A DNA stretch of 64,000 nucleotides from Acidobacteriota bacterium (GTDB taxonomy: Bacteria > Acidobacteriota > UBA6911 > RPQK01 > JAJDTT01), in assembly GCA_965217775.1 (NCBI GenBank), contig CBDCJH010000002.1, forward strand, positions 4,704,001 to 4,768,000. Direction: 5' to 3'. Under the pieces are notes generated by a model, which did not search any database, was not told the origin of the DNA, and saw only the letters and a list, made by a program, of their open reading frames with translations. Below are positions 1 to 10,893 of the stretch, piece by piece (within the stretch, counting starts at the first letter, position 1; the number at the start of each line of letters is the position of its first letter). The translations under genes and the position numbers were made by a program.

Positions 1-3
1 GAG

Positions 4-3000
4 ATGGCTCCTCCCGTGGAGCGGACGGTCGACTTTCAGACCGATGTCCTTCCCATATTCGAGGCCAGTTGCCTCAAGTGCCATGGACCCGCCATGGCCA
101 TGGGGGGGCTCCGTCTGCACACCCGTTCCGACCTGCTGGCCGGCGGGGACAAGGGCGCCGCGGTGTTGGAGGGGAACAGCGCCGGCAGCCGGCTGATCCA
201 ACTGGTGGCGGGCAGGGACGAGTTGAAGATGCCCCTGGACGGGGAGCCCCTCAGCCCGGAGCAGGTCGGGATCTTGAGGGCCTGGATCGATCAGGGAGTC
301 ATTTGGGCTCAGGGAGCGGCGGTTTCCAACCGCCGAACTCCGGACGAAGCATCGGAGACATCGGCTTCCAATAAGAGCCATTGGGCTTTCCAGCCGGTCC
401 GGCAGGACCCGCCGCCCCCGGTCGCGGCCGGCGATTGGGTGCGAAACGACATCGACGCCTTCGTGCTGCGGCGGCTGCGGAGCGAAGGTCCGGAGCCCTC
501 CCCCGAAGCCGACCGGTCGACCCTGATCCGAAGACTCCATCTGGATCTCCTGGGCCTGCCTCCAACGCCGGCTCAGCGGGAGCGCTTCCTTGGCGACCGG
601 CGTCCCTACGCCTACGAGCGGCTGGTGAACCGGGTGTTGTCGTCGCCCCACTTCGGTGAGCGCTGGGCCCGCCACTGGTTGGACCTGGCCCGCTACGCCG
701 ACAGCGACGGTTTCGAGAAGGACAACGTCCGGCCCCATGCCTGGCGCTATCGCGAATGGGTCATCGACGCCTACAACCGCGACCTTCCCTACGACCAGTT
801 CATGGTGGAGCAGTTGGCGGGAGACCTGCTGCCCGGCGCCACCGTGGAGCAGAAGACGGCCACCGGGTTTCACCGCAACACGTTGACCAACACCGAGGGG
901 GGCGTGGACCCGGAGGAGTACCGGGTGGAGCAGGTGGTGGACCGGACCGACACCACGGGCCTGGTGTTCATGGGCCTCACGGTGGGCTGCGCCCGCTGCC
1001 ACTCTCACAAGTACGACCCCATTTCCCACCGGGAGTACTATCAGCTCTTCTCCTTCTTCAACACCGGAATCGAGAAGAACATCCCCGCTCCGCTCCCGCG
1101 GGAGCAGGTGGCCTACCGGTTGGCGTCGGGGCAGTGGGAGCGGGAGCATGAGAAGCTGCTGGCCGCCCTGGAGGAGCAGCGTTCGGAGCTGAAGGAGAAG
1201 CTGGAAGGGACGCGGGCCGTGGCCCTCTGGGAAAAGGGGCTGGACCACTCTCCGGTGGAGTGGATTCCGCTGGACCTGTCCGGCTACGTCGCTGCCGGGG
1301 GCGCCGAGTTCAGCGAAGACGAGACCGGCGCGCTCCTGGTGAGCGGCAACAACCCCAAGCAGGACCGCTACACCCTGGTGGCCAACGTCGAGCTGCGGGG
1401 CATCAACGCCGTCCGGCTCGACTTTCCGACCCACGAGTCCCTGCCCTCGGGCGGTCCCGGACGATCGCCGGAAGGCAACTTCGTCCTCTCCGAGTTCAAG
1501 ATCGGCGACGCCCGGCTCTCCAATCCGGTCAAGCCCACCGGGATTCCGGTGGAGAGAGTGTACGCCGGCTACTCCCAAAAGGGGTTCGAGATCGAGAAGT
1601 CCGTGGACGGAGATCCCAAGACGGGATGGAGCGTAAACGGCCCCCTGGGAGCCAACCGGGATCAGCAGGCGGTCTTCGTCACCGCTCAGAGCCTGGGGCG
1701 CTACGGCGGATCGTCACTCACCCTGACCCTGGAGCAGCTCCACGGCGAGAGTCACAACATCGGCTCCCTCTCGGCCTCTGTGACACAGGCGCCGCGAAAG
1801 GAGCTGAAACAGGTTTTTCCGATGCCGGCGGAGAGGGCCCTGGCGGTTCCGGCCGGCGAGCGGAGCGCGGAACAGCAGTCCGCCATCCTAGACTACTACG
1901 TCGACCTGGACCCCGAAGTCCGGCACCGCTTGGCGGCGGTGGAGGGACACCGCCGGGCCCGGCCCCGTCCTCCGGGGACCATGGCCCAGACCCTGGCACA
2001 AAACCCCGAGCCGCCCCGGACCCATATTCACCTGCGGGGAGACTTTCTGAGTCCGGGGGAGGAGGTGTGGCCGAACACGCTCTCGGTCCTGCCGCCGCTG
2101 GAGCCTCGCGGTTCGGACCCGGACCGGCTGGATCTGGCCCTCTGGCTGACCGACCCCTCACATCCCCTGACCGCCCGGGTCGAGGTCAACCGCTTCTGGG
2201 AGCACCTCTTCGGCCGGGGACTGGTGGCGACCAGCGAGGATTTCGGCACCCGGGGCGAGAAACCGTCCCATCCCCGGCTCCTGGATTGGCTGGCCCAGGA
2301 GTTCGTGGCCGGTGGCTGGAGCCGCAAGGACCTGGTCCGGCTGATCGTGACGTCGGCCACCTACCGGCAATCTTCCCGGGTCCGTCCCGAACTCATGGAG
2401 AGAGACCCCAAGAATCTGCTTCTGGCCCGGCAGAACCGTTTTCGAGTCGAGTCGGAAGCGACGCGGGACCTCTATCTGGCCGTAGGCGGACTGCTGGAGC
2501 CGCGAGTGGGCGGCAAGAGCGTCTACCCGCCGCTGCCGGCGGGAGTGGCCGATCTGGGGTACGGCGGGACGGAGTGGCCCGAAAGCTCCGGGACCGACAA
2601 GTACCGGCGCGGCCTCTACATCTTCTTCCAGCGGACCGTCCCGTACCCCATGCTCATGACCTTCGACAGTCCCGATTCCAACACCTCGTGCGTCCGCCGG
2701 ATCCGCTCCAACACGCCGCTTCAGGCCCTGACGCTGCTCAACGGACCTCTCTTCGTCGAGATTGCCCGATCGCTGGGACGGAGGATTCTGGCCGAAGCCC
2801 CTTCCGGGGAAGCGGAACGGATCGGATTTGCCTTTCGCCTGGCACTGGCCCGCGACCCCAGCCGCCGAGAAGCGGAGATCGTTCACGAGTTGCTGGCCGA
2901 GCACCGCAGCGCCTTCGAGCATGACCCTGAAGCCGCCGCCGAGTTCGCCGGGTCCGGCGCGGGAACCTCGGCGACGGAGACGGCCGCCTGGATCGCCGCC

Positions 3001-3045
3001 AGCCGAATGATCCTGAATCTGGACGAGTTCCTGACCCGGGAGTGA
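4..3045 (+). CDS. PSD1/planctomycete cytochrome c domain protein (DUF1549 + DUF1553), probably 5'-truncated by the window edge
   Basis: CLKCH and CARCH haem-c motifs; [43 protein letters not shown] motifs; ends [10 protein letters not shown]; frame open to the window start. Confidence 0.9.
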   Translation: MAPPVERTVDFQTDVLPIFEASCLKCHGPAMAMGGLRLHTRSDLLAGGDKGAAVLEGNSAGSRLIQLVAGRDELKMPLDGEPLSPEQVGILRAWIDQGVIWAQGAAVSNRRTPDEASETSASNKSHWAFQPVRQDPPPPVAAGDWVRNDIDAFVLRRLRSEGPEPSPEADRSTLIRRLHLDLLGLPPTPAQRERFLGDRRPYAYERLVNRVLSSPHFGERWARHWLDLARYADSDGFEKDNVRPHAWRYREWVIDAYNRDLPYDQFMVEQLAGDLLPGATVEQKTATGFHRNTLTNTEGGVDPEEYRVEQVVDRTDTTGLVFMGLTVGCARCHSHKYDPISHREYYQLFSFFNTGIEKNIPAPLPREQVAYRLASGQWEREHEKLLAALEEQRSELKEKLEGTRAVALWEKGLDHSPVEWIPLDLSGYVAAGGAEFSEDETGALLVSGNNPKQDRYTLVANVELRGINAVRLDFPTHESLPSGGPGRSPEGNFVLSEFKIGDARLSNPVKPTGIPVERVYAGYSQKGFEIEKSVDGDPKTGWSVNGPLGANRDQQAVFVTAQSLGRYGGSSLTLTLEQLHGESHNIGSLSASVTQAPRKELKQVFPMPAERALAVPAGERSAEQQSAILDYYVDLDPEVRHRLAAVEGHRRARPRPPGTMAQTLAQNPEPPRTHIHLRGDFLSPGEEVWPNTLSVLPPLEPRGSDPDRLDLALWLTDPSHPLTARVEVNRFWEHLFGRGLVATSEDFGTRGEKPSHPRLLDWLAQEFVAGGWSRKDLVRLIVTSATYRQSSRVRPELMERDPKNLLLARQNRFRVESEATRDLYLAVGGLLEPRVGGKSVYPPLPAGVADLGYGGTEWPESSGTDKYRRGLYIFFQRTVPYPMLMTFDSPDSNTSCVRRIRSNTPLQALTLLNGPLFVEIARSLGRRILAEAPSGEAERIGFAFRLALARDPSRREAEIVHELLAEHRSAFEHDPEAAAEFAGSGAGTSATETAAWIAASRMILNLDEFLTRE
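313..343 (+). repeat. GGAG-type REP palindrome in frame inside the CDS linker
   Basis: GGAGCGGCGGTTTCCAACCGCCGAACTCCGG matches the reverse complement of 20773-20803 at 29/31. Confidence 0.8.
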
Positions 3046-3050
3046 AGACC

Positions 3051-4541
3051 ATGGATACTCCGGAAGGTAGATCGCCGGCATCCCGCCGAGACTTTCTCAC
3101 CACCTCGGCCAGCGGCCTCGGGACCGCCGCCCTGGCCTCCATGCTGGCAGGCGAGGGGCTGCTCCAGGCGAAGCCCGACGCCGGCATCGCCAACCCTCTC
3201 TTTCCCCGGCAGCCCCATTTCGCACCCAAGGCCAAGTCCTGCATCTTCCTCTTCATGGCGGGCGCGCCCAGCCAGTTGGACCTGTTCGACCCCAAGCCCA
3301 AGCTCAACGAGTTGGACGGGCAGCCCATGCCCGAGTCGTTGCTGGAAAAGGTGAGGTTCGCCTTCATCCGCAAGGAGACGGCGGTCCTGAAGGGTTCCGG
3401 CGCCAAGTTCAGGAAACGCGGCGAGTGCGGAATGGAGATCTCCGACCTGCTGCCCCACATCGCCGGCTGCGCCGACGATATCGCCCTCATCCGGTCGCTG
3501 CATACCGACAGCTTCAACCACCATCCGGGCCAGCTCATGATGAATACGGGTGTGCCCACCTTCGGCCGGCCCTCCATGGGCTCCTGGATCAACTACGGCC
3601 TCGGGAGCGAGTCGGAGAACCTGCCCGGCTACGTCGTGCTCACGGCCGGCCGGGGAACCAGCGGCGGCGCCTCCAACTGGACCAGCGGATTCCTGCCCAC
3701 CAACTACCAGGGCGTGTTGTTTCGAAACCAGGGCGACCCGGTTCTGAACCTGACCAATCCTGCCGGACTCCCGCACGAGTGCCAGCGTCTGGGGCTGGAC
3801 CGGCTCCGGCAGCTCAACCAGGAGCGCTTCCGACAGACCCGGGATCCCGAGATCCTCTCCCGGATCGCCTCCTACGAGTTGGCCTTCCGGATGCAGTCGT
3901 CGGCTCCCGAGCTCATCGACCTCAGCGGGGAGAGCGAGAAGACGCTCTCGATGTACGGCGTGAATCGGACCGAGGAGGAGTGGAAGGACAAGCCCAACCG
4001 TGGCTTCCGGCCGGGAGTCTTCTCCACCTATGCTCGAAACTGCCTGCTGGCCCGGCGCCTGGTGGAGCGGGGCGTCCGCTTCGTCAACATCTATCATGCT
4101 TCCTGGGACCACCACAGCAACCTGGACACCGGACTGGGTTTCAACTGCATGATGTGCGATCAGCCGGTGGCGGCCCTCCTGAAGGATCTCAAGCAGCGGG
4201 GGCTGCTGGACGAGACCCTGGTGATCTGGGGCGGGGAGTTCGGCCGGACTCCTCTGGGTGAGAACCGCGTGGGCCGGGAGCCGAACACGGGCCGGGATCA
4301 CCATCCCTTCGCCTTCTCCATGTTCATGGCCGGTGGAGGCATCCGGGGGGGACAGGTGCTGGGCCGGACCGACGACATCGGCTGGAACCCGGTCGAGGAC
4401 CCGATTCACATCAACGACCTCCACGCCACCATCCTGCATCTCTTCGGGTTGGATCACGTCCGCCTCACCCATCGCTTCCAGGGCCGTGACTTCCGGCTGA
4501 CCGACGTGGGGGGCACGGTGGTTGATAAACTGCTGGCATGA
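3051..4541 (+). CDS. DUF1501 domain protein with Tat-like signal
   Basis: SRRDFL, FMAGAPSQLDLFDPKP, WDHH, GEFGRTP, GRDHHP; usual partner of PSD1 proteins; alternative GTG start at 3042. Confidence 0.9.
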   Translation: MDTPEGRSPASRRDFLTTSASGLGTAALASMLAGEGLLQAKPDAGIANPLFPRQPHFAPKAKSCIFLFMAGAPSQLDLFDPKPKLNELDGQPMPESLLEKVRFAFIRKETAVLKGSGAKFRKRGECGMEISDLLPHIAGCADDIALIRSLHTDSFNHHPGQLMMNTGVPTFGRPSMGSWINYGLGSESENLPGYVVLTAGRGTSGGASNWTSGFLPTNYQGVLFRNQGDPVLNLTNPAGLPHECQRLGLDRLRQLNQERFRQTRDPEILSRIASYELAFRMQSSAPELIDLSGESEKTLSMYGVNRTEEEWKDKPNRGFRPGVFSTYARNCLLARRLVERGVRFVNIYHASWDHHSNLDTGLGFNCMMCDQPVAALLKDLKQRGLLDETLVIWGGEFGRTPLGENRVGREPNTGRDHHPFAFSMFMAGGGIRGGQVLGRTDDIGWNPVEDPIHINDLHATILHLFGLDHVRLTHRFQGRDFRLTDVGGTVVDKLLA

Positions 4542-6166
4542 TCATCCGTTTCGGCCGCCGTCTCCTGGCACCGGCGGTCGCCGCTGCCGTTTTCCTGCTG
4601 TCGGGTTGCGCCGCAGAGGAGGGATCTGAGGCAAGGCCCGCCGGAAAGTACCGATTCATCCTCTCCAACGACGGGGGATCACTGGCGGGTCCCGTGCTGG
4701 AAGCTCCCATCGGAGTGGAAGGCCTGGTCGAGCTGGCCATCGAACCGCTCCGGGACACCCGGATCAACACCCTGTTCTGGCAATTGGGAACCGACCCCTA
4801 CCTGGGGTCCCCCTCCCACCGGCTCTCGGACCACTACTCGCACCGGACGGAGGTGGGCTCCATCTGGGGGACGGAGAACCCTTCCTTCCACAGTGCCGGG
4901 CTCTGGCGCATCCGAGAGAACGCGAAACGGTTGATGGAGGCCGGAACCGACCCCGTCGCCGTGGTGGTGGAGCATGGACACCGGGCCGGCCTCGAGGTCT
5001 TCGTCTGCATGCGGGTCAATGACATCCACGACGCCCGCCTGGAGGGTGGGGTGGAGGACCCTCTCATGTCGCCCGTCAAGAGGCGGCATCCCGACTGGCT
5101 CCTGGGCGAGGAAGGCAACCGCAGGACGGCATACAACTTCGCTCTGCCCCAGGTCCGGGAGTACAAGCTGGCCCTGGCCCGGGAGGCCATCGAGAACTAC
5201 GACCTGGACGGTCTGGACTGGGACTTCTGCCGGCATCCTTTTCTCTTTCCCCAGGGGAGCGAAGCGGAGGGCGCGCCCCTGATGACCGAGCTGCTAGGTG
5301 AAATCCGGCGGGCGCTGGACGAGAAAGGGGAGCGGGTGGGCCGCCGGCTCTCCTTGTCGGTGAGAGTGCCCCGCTCCCTGGACGAGGCCCTGGCGCAGGG
5401 CATGGACGTGAGGAGCTGGCTCTCGAAGGGGCTGCTGGACATCCTCATCGTCGGCTACCAGCCGGGGAACAAGCATCGTCTCCCGGTAGAGGAGTACGTG
5501 GAGGCGGCTCGGGGGACCCGCACGCAGATCGTGGCCCAGGGCCTGGGGCTCTTCCAGCAGCCCAGACCTCTGTCGGCCAAGCTCATCTGGAACGAGAAGG
5601 ACTACTACACGGCCGAGATGTGCCGCGCCGTGGCCGCGGCCCACTACCGGGCCGGCGCCCAGGGGATCTTCGTCTTCAACAACCACTACCTGCAGGTGGT
5701 CCGGGACCGGCAATACGACCGCCTCCCCTGGAAGGAGCTGGGCGATCCCCAGGTCATCGCCCGCAAGGACAAGCACTACCTGGCGGATCAGCGGAAGTGG
5801 GGAGCCGGCCGGCTCCCGCTGGAGCTGGCCAAGGTGGGAGACCAGGTGGAAGTCTCCCTGGACGTGGCGGACGACCTGGAAGCGGCCAGCCGGGAAGGCA
5901 CCCTGAAATCGGCGGCCGTCCGGCTTCTGGTCGACCAACTGACCCCTCCGGACCGGCTGGAGGTCACCCTGAACGGCCGCCCTGTCGGGGAACCCGACAC
6001 GCAGCACGTCTTTTTCAACGAGACTTGGCTGGAGTTCTCAGTGGGTCCTCCCCAGCTCCAGCAGGGCTGGAACCGGATCGGTGCCGCCGTCCGGGCCCGC
6101 AATCCCCAGGTCACCAGCCCGCTTGCCCTCAAGAGCGTCGAGATTCTGGTGAAATACGAGGAGTGA
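4538..6166 (+). CDS. Putative glycoside hydrolase-like (GHL10/DUF187-type TIM barrel) lipoprotein
   Basis: Lipobox-like LSGC; MRVNDIH, HPDW, YNFA...YDLDGLDWDFCR motifs; ATGA overlap with upstream gene. Confidence 0.7.
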   Translation: MIIRFGRRLLAPAVAAAVFLLSGCAAEEGSEARPAGKYRFILSNDGGSLAGPVLEAPIGVEGLVELAIEPLRDTRINTLFWQLGTDPYLGSPSHRLSDHYSHRTEVGSIWGTENPSFHSAGLWRIRENAKRLMEAGTDPVAVVVEHGHRAGLEVFVCMRVNDIHDARLEGGVEDPLMSPVKRRHPDWLLGEEGNRRTAYNFALPQVREYKLALAREAIENYDLDGLDWDFCRHPFLFPQGSEAEGAPLMTELLGEIRRALDEKGERVGRRLSLSVRVPRSLDEALAQGMDVRSWLSKGLLDILIVGYQPGNKHRLPVEEYVEAARGTRTQIVAQGLGLFQQPRPLSAKLIWNEKDYYTAEMCRAVAAAHYRAGAQGIFVFNNHYLQVVRDRQYDRLPWKELGDPQVIARKDKHYLADQRKWGAGRLPLELAKVGDQVEVSLDVADDLEAASREGTLKSAAVRLLVDQLTPPDRLEVTLNGRPVGEPDTQHVFFNETWLEFSVGPPQLQQGWNRIGAAVRARNPQVTSPLALKSVEILVKYEE

Positions 6167-6385
6167 GGAGGTGCGGCTTTCTTGCCGCCGACAGGGGGGC
6201 AGGGGGGACGGAGTCCCCACTTTACACTTTCCCCCCTCGACACTCTCCGGCCACCGAATCGCATAGCAACACGGAAGAGCAGGCGGCAAGAAAGTCGCAC
6301 CTCCCACTGGGCGACTGGAAATCGCCCTTCCTGTGGGCGACAGGGATGTCGCCCCTCCTTTGGGCGACAGGGATGTCGCCCCTCC
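6167..6385. repeat. REP/REPIN cluster between convergent genes
   Basis: Inverted pair 6167-6189/6282-6304 (22/23), then three tandem GGGCGAC..TCGCCC-CTCC-type units at about 27-bp period. Confidence 0.85.
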
Positions 6386-7185
6386 TACGACCGCGCGGCG
6401 GAGGCGTCGATTCGCTCGATCCCTGACGCGTGGGTCTTCACGGCTTCCAGCACCAGTGAGCGGCCCGCCAACAGATCCAGGCTGTGCATCGCGCGGCGCA
6501 CGTCCTGGTTGGCCTCCCGCTGGCGGGAGTCGGTCTCCTTGCGCATGGTCCGGATGGAGTAGAGCCGCTGCAAGGGATAGAAGAGGAGCAGAGGCCAGCA
6601 GGAGCGGCGCCAGAGGTCGGTGGTGGCCCGGGTGATCCGGAAGCCGCTGCTGTGGAGCGCGTACCGGATCTGATAGTAGGTCATGGGGTTGATGTGGTCG
6701 AAGACGGGAGTGTGGGCAAACTCGTTCAGGGGACGGGGACAGAGGGAATAGAACCCGGTCAGGAAGTACTTCAGCCTCGAAGCCGAGTTCAGGATGTTGG
6801 GAGTCGAAAGGATGAGCTTCCCCTGCCACTTGAGGATCCGGTGGCATTCCCGGATGAAGCGGAAGGGGTGCTCCAAGTGCTCGATGCCTTCCAGACAGAC
6901 GACGTAGTCGAACGACTCATCCGGCAAGTCCAGGGGGCGGTTCATGTCCAAACCCAGGCATTCCACACCCTCGCACTTGAAGAAGCCCGGGTCCAGGTCC
7001 GCCGCCACCACTTGGAAACCCATCTCTCGCAGGCAGTGGGAGATTCCTCCCTCGCCCGAGGGAAGATCCAGGACCCTGCCCCTGGGCAAGTCTTCCATGA
7101 GATCCAGGACCTTGAAGAAGGTCCGTTCGTGGGCAATGACCTGAAAGCCCTCGGGTTTCTTCCGAGCTCGACTCACCGCTCCCAT
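6385..7185 (-). CDS. Class I SAM-dependent methyltransferase
   Basis: VLDLPSGEG motif I, FDYVVCLEGIEH, LILSTPN. Confidence 0.85.
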   Translation of the reverse strand: MGAVSRARKKPEGFQVIAHERTFFKVLDLMEDLPRGRVLDLPSGEGGISHCLREMGFQVVAADLDPGFFKCEGVECLGLDMNRPLDLPDESFDYVVCLEGIEHLEHPFRFIRECHRILKWQGKLILSTPNILNSASRLKYFLTGFYSLCPRPLNEFAHTPVFDHINPMTYYQIRYALHSSGFRITRATTDLWRRSCWPLLLFYPLQRLYSIRTMRKETDSRQREANQDVRRAMHSLDLLAGRSLVLEAVKTHASGIERIDASAARS

Positions 7186-7209
7186 TTCAGCACCGCCGCG
7201 AAGCTGGTC

Positions 7210-9540
7210 TCAAGTGCGGACCATGGAAAAAAGGAGAATGGCGCCGGTGCAGAACAGGAGGTTGGGACCCCAGGCGGCCAGCAGCGGCGAGAGCAGGCCG
7301 TTGGCGCCCATCATGCCGAAGATTCCAAAGGCGCCCCAGTAGCAGATCCCGATGAGCACCCCGGCCGCAATGCCGTAGAGCGCCCCCTTGCGGCCCATGG
7401 AGAAGGCGAAGGGGATGCCCAGGATGGCCATGATGGGTGTGACCAGGGGCAGGGAGACCTTGGTGTAGAGATCCGTCTTCAGGTGGTCCACCTCGAAGCC
7501 TCCCTGTTGCAGGTCCCGGATGTACCGGCTCAGCTCCGGGTAGGTCATCTTGCTGGATTCCTTCACTTCACGGGCGAAGTACTCGGGCCCCTCGCTCAAG
7601 TCGAAGTCGCGGCTCTCGAACCGGATGAAATCCTTCCGCTCCGGGTGTTCCAGATCCCTGATCCAGCCTTGGGACAGGACCCACCGTCCGGCGTTCCGGT
7701 CCCAGGCCGCCTTCTGGGAATAGACGTGCCGTTTCAGCCGTCCCTCCCGGATGTCCAGGTCGAGGACGGAAAGGTCGCCGAAAAGGCCCCGCTGGGCATC
7801 GAAGTAGTTGTAGTGATAGAGCCGCTTCCCCTCGCCGAAGATCCAGTTCCGTCCTTGCTGGTAGAAGGTCTGGACGGGACGGCCCTTGATGATGGTGCGC
7901 AGGTTGTCCTGCCGCTGGTTGGCGTAGGGAAGGACGTATTCCTGGAGCACGTAGAGGAAGGTTCCCACCAGCAGAGTCAGCCCCAGCACCGACAGGCTCA
8001 CGCGGTACACGCTGACGCCGCAGGCCTTCAGTGCCGTGATCTGACCCGTCTTGTCCAGCAGGCCGAAGGTGACGAGGGTGCCGATGAGGATGGCAAGGGG
8101 CACCAGCAACATCAGGATGTGGGGCGCCAGGTAGAAGAAGTAGGAAATCAACAAGCCGTAGGGACTGTCGTTTTCCAGGACGTCGTCGATGAGGTCGAAA
8201 AAGGTGAAGAGATAGAAGAGGGCCATCGTGACCGAGAGGGCGAGGAAGGAGTAGAGGAGAAAGGTCTTCGCCAGATAGAGATCGATGACGCGAGCCACTC
8301 TGGGCCGCATCCGGATCAGGCGGGACCGGCGCGGTTGGAAGCCGGAACCGCTTCGAATCGTCGAGAGCATCCGCCGGAACCCCTGGGCGGCCCGGGTCAG
8401 CTTCCGGTCCAGACGAGGGTAGACCTGGCGCCAGCGCAACGGTTTCGCATCCAGGGCGCCGTATCGGAAAGTGGCCCAGGCCAGCAATCCCGTCAGCAGG
8501 TTGGTTCCCCACAAGCCCACCAGGGGATGCAGGATCCCGCCGCGGGCCAATTCGAAACCGGTCGCGAAGAGGACATAGTAGGCAAGCGCCACCACGACGC
8601 TGGCCACCAGACCGTATCCGCGCCCGCCACGATGATTGCGGGCTCCCAGAGCGACTCCCAGCACGGCGAAGATGAGCGGCGAAACCGCCAGCGCCAACCG
8701 GCGGTTCAACTCCAGCCAACTCTGGTCTTGCGTGGCGCCCGGATCGCCTCGGATCTCCCTCCAGAGTTGAGTTGGCGCCTTGTCTTCGGGACGCTTGGGA
8801 CCGTTCGAGTTCGGTTCCACCGGAGGGAGTTGAAGCGCAAAGTCCAGAATGCGAAACCGGCTCAACGTCATTCTTTCGGGAGCGTCCCGCGGGGTTTTGT
8901 AGCGCAACCCGTCCTCAAGATGTAACTGGATCCGGCGCTTGTCTTCGTCGATGAGGGCCTCCCCGCCCCGAGAGAGGACGATTTCGGTCTCCGCATCGCT
9001 GCCGCTGGAAAGGAAGACCCCGTTCCAGAATCCGTTCTTCAGGTCCACGTCGCCGGCGTAGAGCACCCAACCCTTCGGCAGCCCTTCGTAGAAGACGCGC
9101 GGCTTGATCCGGGAAAGGACCGGCTGGACGCCGATCTCATGGCGGAGCGTCTGAAGGCTCCAGTTCCCGGCCGGCAGCAACACCAGGGTGAACCCCAGCG
9201 TGAGCAGGCTCACCAACAATCCGATGTTGACCACGTGGCGCACCATCCGGTGGACGCCGATTCCGCAGGCTCGCATGGCCACGATCTCGCTGTCGGTGGA
9301 GAGGCGGCTGAATCCGATCAGCGTCCCGATGAGGAAGGAGAGGGGAACGCTGAAGACCAGGATGCTGGGCAGAATCGAAAGCACGGTCCTGACGACGGTC
9401 AGGATGGGAGCGTCGGCTCGGATGAGGAGCTCGGTCAGGCGGCCGAACTCCCGGGTCAGAACGGCGAAGGTGAGGAACAGGAGGGTGATCAGGAAAGGGG
9501 GCGCGATCTCCTGGTTGATGAGCTTGTTGATCTTGGTCAT
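7210..9540 (-). CDS. lptF/lptG: Fused LptF/LptG LPS export ABC transporter permease
   Basis: Two YjgP/YjgQ-type halves (SRLSTDSEIVAMRACG; QITALKACGVS; LLAAWGPN). Confidence 0.9.
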   Translation of the reverse strand: MTKINKLINQEIAPPFLITLLFLTFAVLTREFGRLTELLIRADAPILTVVRTVLSILPSILVFSVPLSFLIGTLIGFSRLSTDSEIVAMRACGIGVHRMVRHVVNIGLLVSLLTLGFTLVLLPAGNWSLQTLRHEIGVQPVLSRIKPRVFYEGLPKGWVLYAGDVDLKNGFWNGVFLSSGSDAETEIVLSRGGEALIDEDKRRIQLHLEDGLRYKTPRDAPERMTLSRFRILDFALQLPPVEPNSNGPKRPEDKAPTQLWREIRGDPGATQDQSWLELNRRLALAVSPLIFAVLGVALGARNHRGGRGYGLVASVVVALAYYVLFATGFELARGGILHPLVGLWGTNLLTGLLAWATFRYGALDAKPLRWRQVYPRLDRKLTRAAQGFRRMLSTIRSGSGFQPRRSRLIRMRPRVARVIDLYLAKTFLLYSFLALSVTMALFYLFTFFDLIDDVLENDSPYGLLISYFFYLAPHILMLLVPLAILIGTLVTFGLLDKTGQITALKACGVSVYRVSLSVLGLTLLVGTFLYVLQEYVLPYANQRQDNLRTIIKGRPVQTFYQQGRNWIFGEGKRLYHYNYFDAQRGLFGDLSVLDLDIREGRLKRHVYSQKAAWDRNAGRWVLSQGWIRDLEHPERKDFIRFESRDFDLSEGPEYFAREVKESSKMTYPELSRYIRDLQQGGFEVDHLKTDLYTKVSLPLVTPIMAILGIPFAFSMGRKGALYGIAAGVLIGICYWGAFGIFGMMGANGLLSPLLAAWGPNLLFCTGAILLFSMVRT

Positions 9541-9641
9541 GGCCGCGCCGCGTCTACCCGATCACCTGTCCCGAGAGCGGACAATCTACCAAAAAATTGA
9601 TGTGACACCCTGGAGAGGAAGTCCCCTGCTAGAATTTTGCC

Positions 9642-10262
9642 GTGATTCTCCACGACCTCGGGGTCCTTCCGTTCGCAGAGGCCTATGCGCTTCAGGACGA
9701 GACGGTCCGTCGAGTTGCGGCGGGTCGTCAGGAGGAGACGCTTCATCTGGTGGTGCACCCCCATGTCTTCACCGTGGGTAGCGGAGGGAACGCCCGGAAC
9801 CTGCTGGCTTCCTTCGATCCTGACGGTCGTCCCATCGACCTGGTTCGAATCAATCGGGGGGGCGACGTCACCTATCACGGACCGGGACAGTTGGTGGGAT
9901 ACCCGCACCTGGATCTGCGGGGACGGGGACGCGACGTGGGATTGTACCTGCGGACCCTGGAGCAGAGCCTGCTGGACACGGCCGCCCATTTCGGGGTGCA
10001 GGCGTTCCGCCGGGAGGGCCTGACCGGCATCTGGACCCGGCGGGGCAAGCTGGGATCCATCGGCGTGGGGGTGCGCCGCTGGGTCACCATGCATGGATTC
10101 GCCCTGAACCTGAACCCCGACATGAGGTACTTCCAGTTGATCAACCCCTGCGGCATGGCCGGCTGCCCCGTCACTTCGCTGGCAGCCGAGGCGGGAGCCG
10201 AGCCGGGCATGGAGGAGGTCAAGGAAGTCTACTGGCGCTCGTTTCGCCAGGTTTTCGGCTGA
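9642..10262 (+). CDS. lipB: Lipoyl(octanoyl) transferase
   Basis: RGGDVTYHGPGQLVGYP, KLGSIG, HGFALN, INPCG. Confidence 0.95.
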   Translation: MILHDLGVLPFAEAYALQDETVRRVAAGRQEETLHLVVHPHVFTVGSGGNARNLLASFDPDGRPIDLVRINRGGDVTYHGPGQLVGYPHLDLRGRGRDVGLYLRTLEQSLLDTAAHFGVQAFRREGLTGIWTRRGKLGSIGVGVRRWVTMHGFALNLNPDMRYFQLINPCGMAGCPVTSLAAEAGAEPGMEEVKEVYWRSFRQVFG

Positions 10263-10275
10263 GAGGCGGAAGGGC

Positions 10276-10803
10276 TCAATCCTTTTGCGGCGCCGGCGAG
10301 TTTTCCAGGAGCTTCGCCATGTCGTAGACCATTCCTTCCCGCGAGTAGGAGGAGAATTCCAGAATCCCCGTGTCCATCCGGATGGCGTCCTCGGGACACG
10401 CCTCCACGCAGTAGCCGCAGAAGACGCAGAGGCCCAGGTCGATGTCGAACCGCACCGGGTACTTTTCGATCTGGGGGTTGGGGTGCTCACCGGCCACGAT
10501 GTAGATGCAGCGGGCGGGACAGGCCGTCTCGCACATCATGCAGGCCACGCATCGGGGCGATCCATCTTCCCGCCGGGTCAGCCGGTGCAAGGTCCGCAGC
10601 CTGGAGGCCAGCGGCCGCCGTTCTTCCGGATACTGATAGGTTTCGGCGCCGCGCAGATGCCGCGCCAATCCCACCTTGTGGGCCAGGTGGATGAGCAGGT
10701 TGCGGAAGAAATGGCGCGCGGTGAGCCGGAGTCCCTTGAGGATTTCCGGAAGATAGGTGGATTCCCAGAAACTCAGCTCGGCCTCGACCTTCTTGATGGC
10801 CAT
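10276..10803 (-). CDS. nuoI: NADH-quinone oxidoreductase subunit I
   Basis: Two CxxCxxCxxxCP ferredoxin motifs; YPEE. Confidence 0.93.
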   Translation of the reverse strand: MAIKKVEAELSFWESTYLPEILKGLRLTARHFFRNLLIHLAHKVGLARHLRGAETYQYPEERRPLASRLRTLHRLTRREDGSPRCVACMMCETACPARCIYIVAGEHPNPQIEKYPVRFDIDLGLCVFCGYCVEACPEDAIRMDTGILEFSSYSREGMVYDMAKLLENSPAPQKD

Positions 10804-10893
10804 GATCAGTTCCCGCTCATTGTCCGCGGCGGTGTCCGAACGCCGTGAGACTACGCCGACTGCCTCTCCTCTGGCAAGACAGACCCTTCGTCA

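Noticed and set aside
10845-10858. 13-bp match TGAGACTACGCCG shared with the hairpin at about 37107-37150
   Set aside because: Too short, and the flanks do not align; may be chance.
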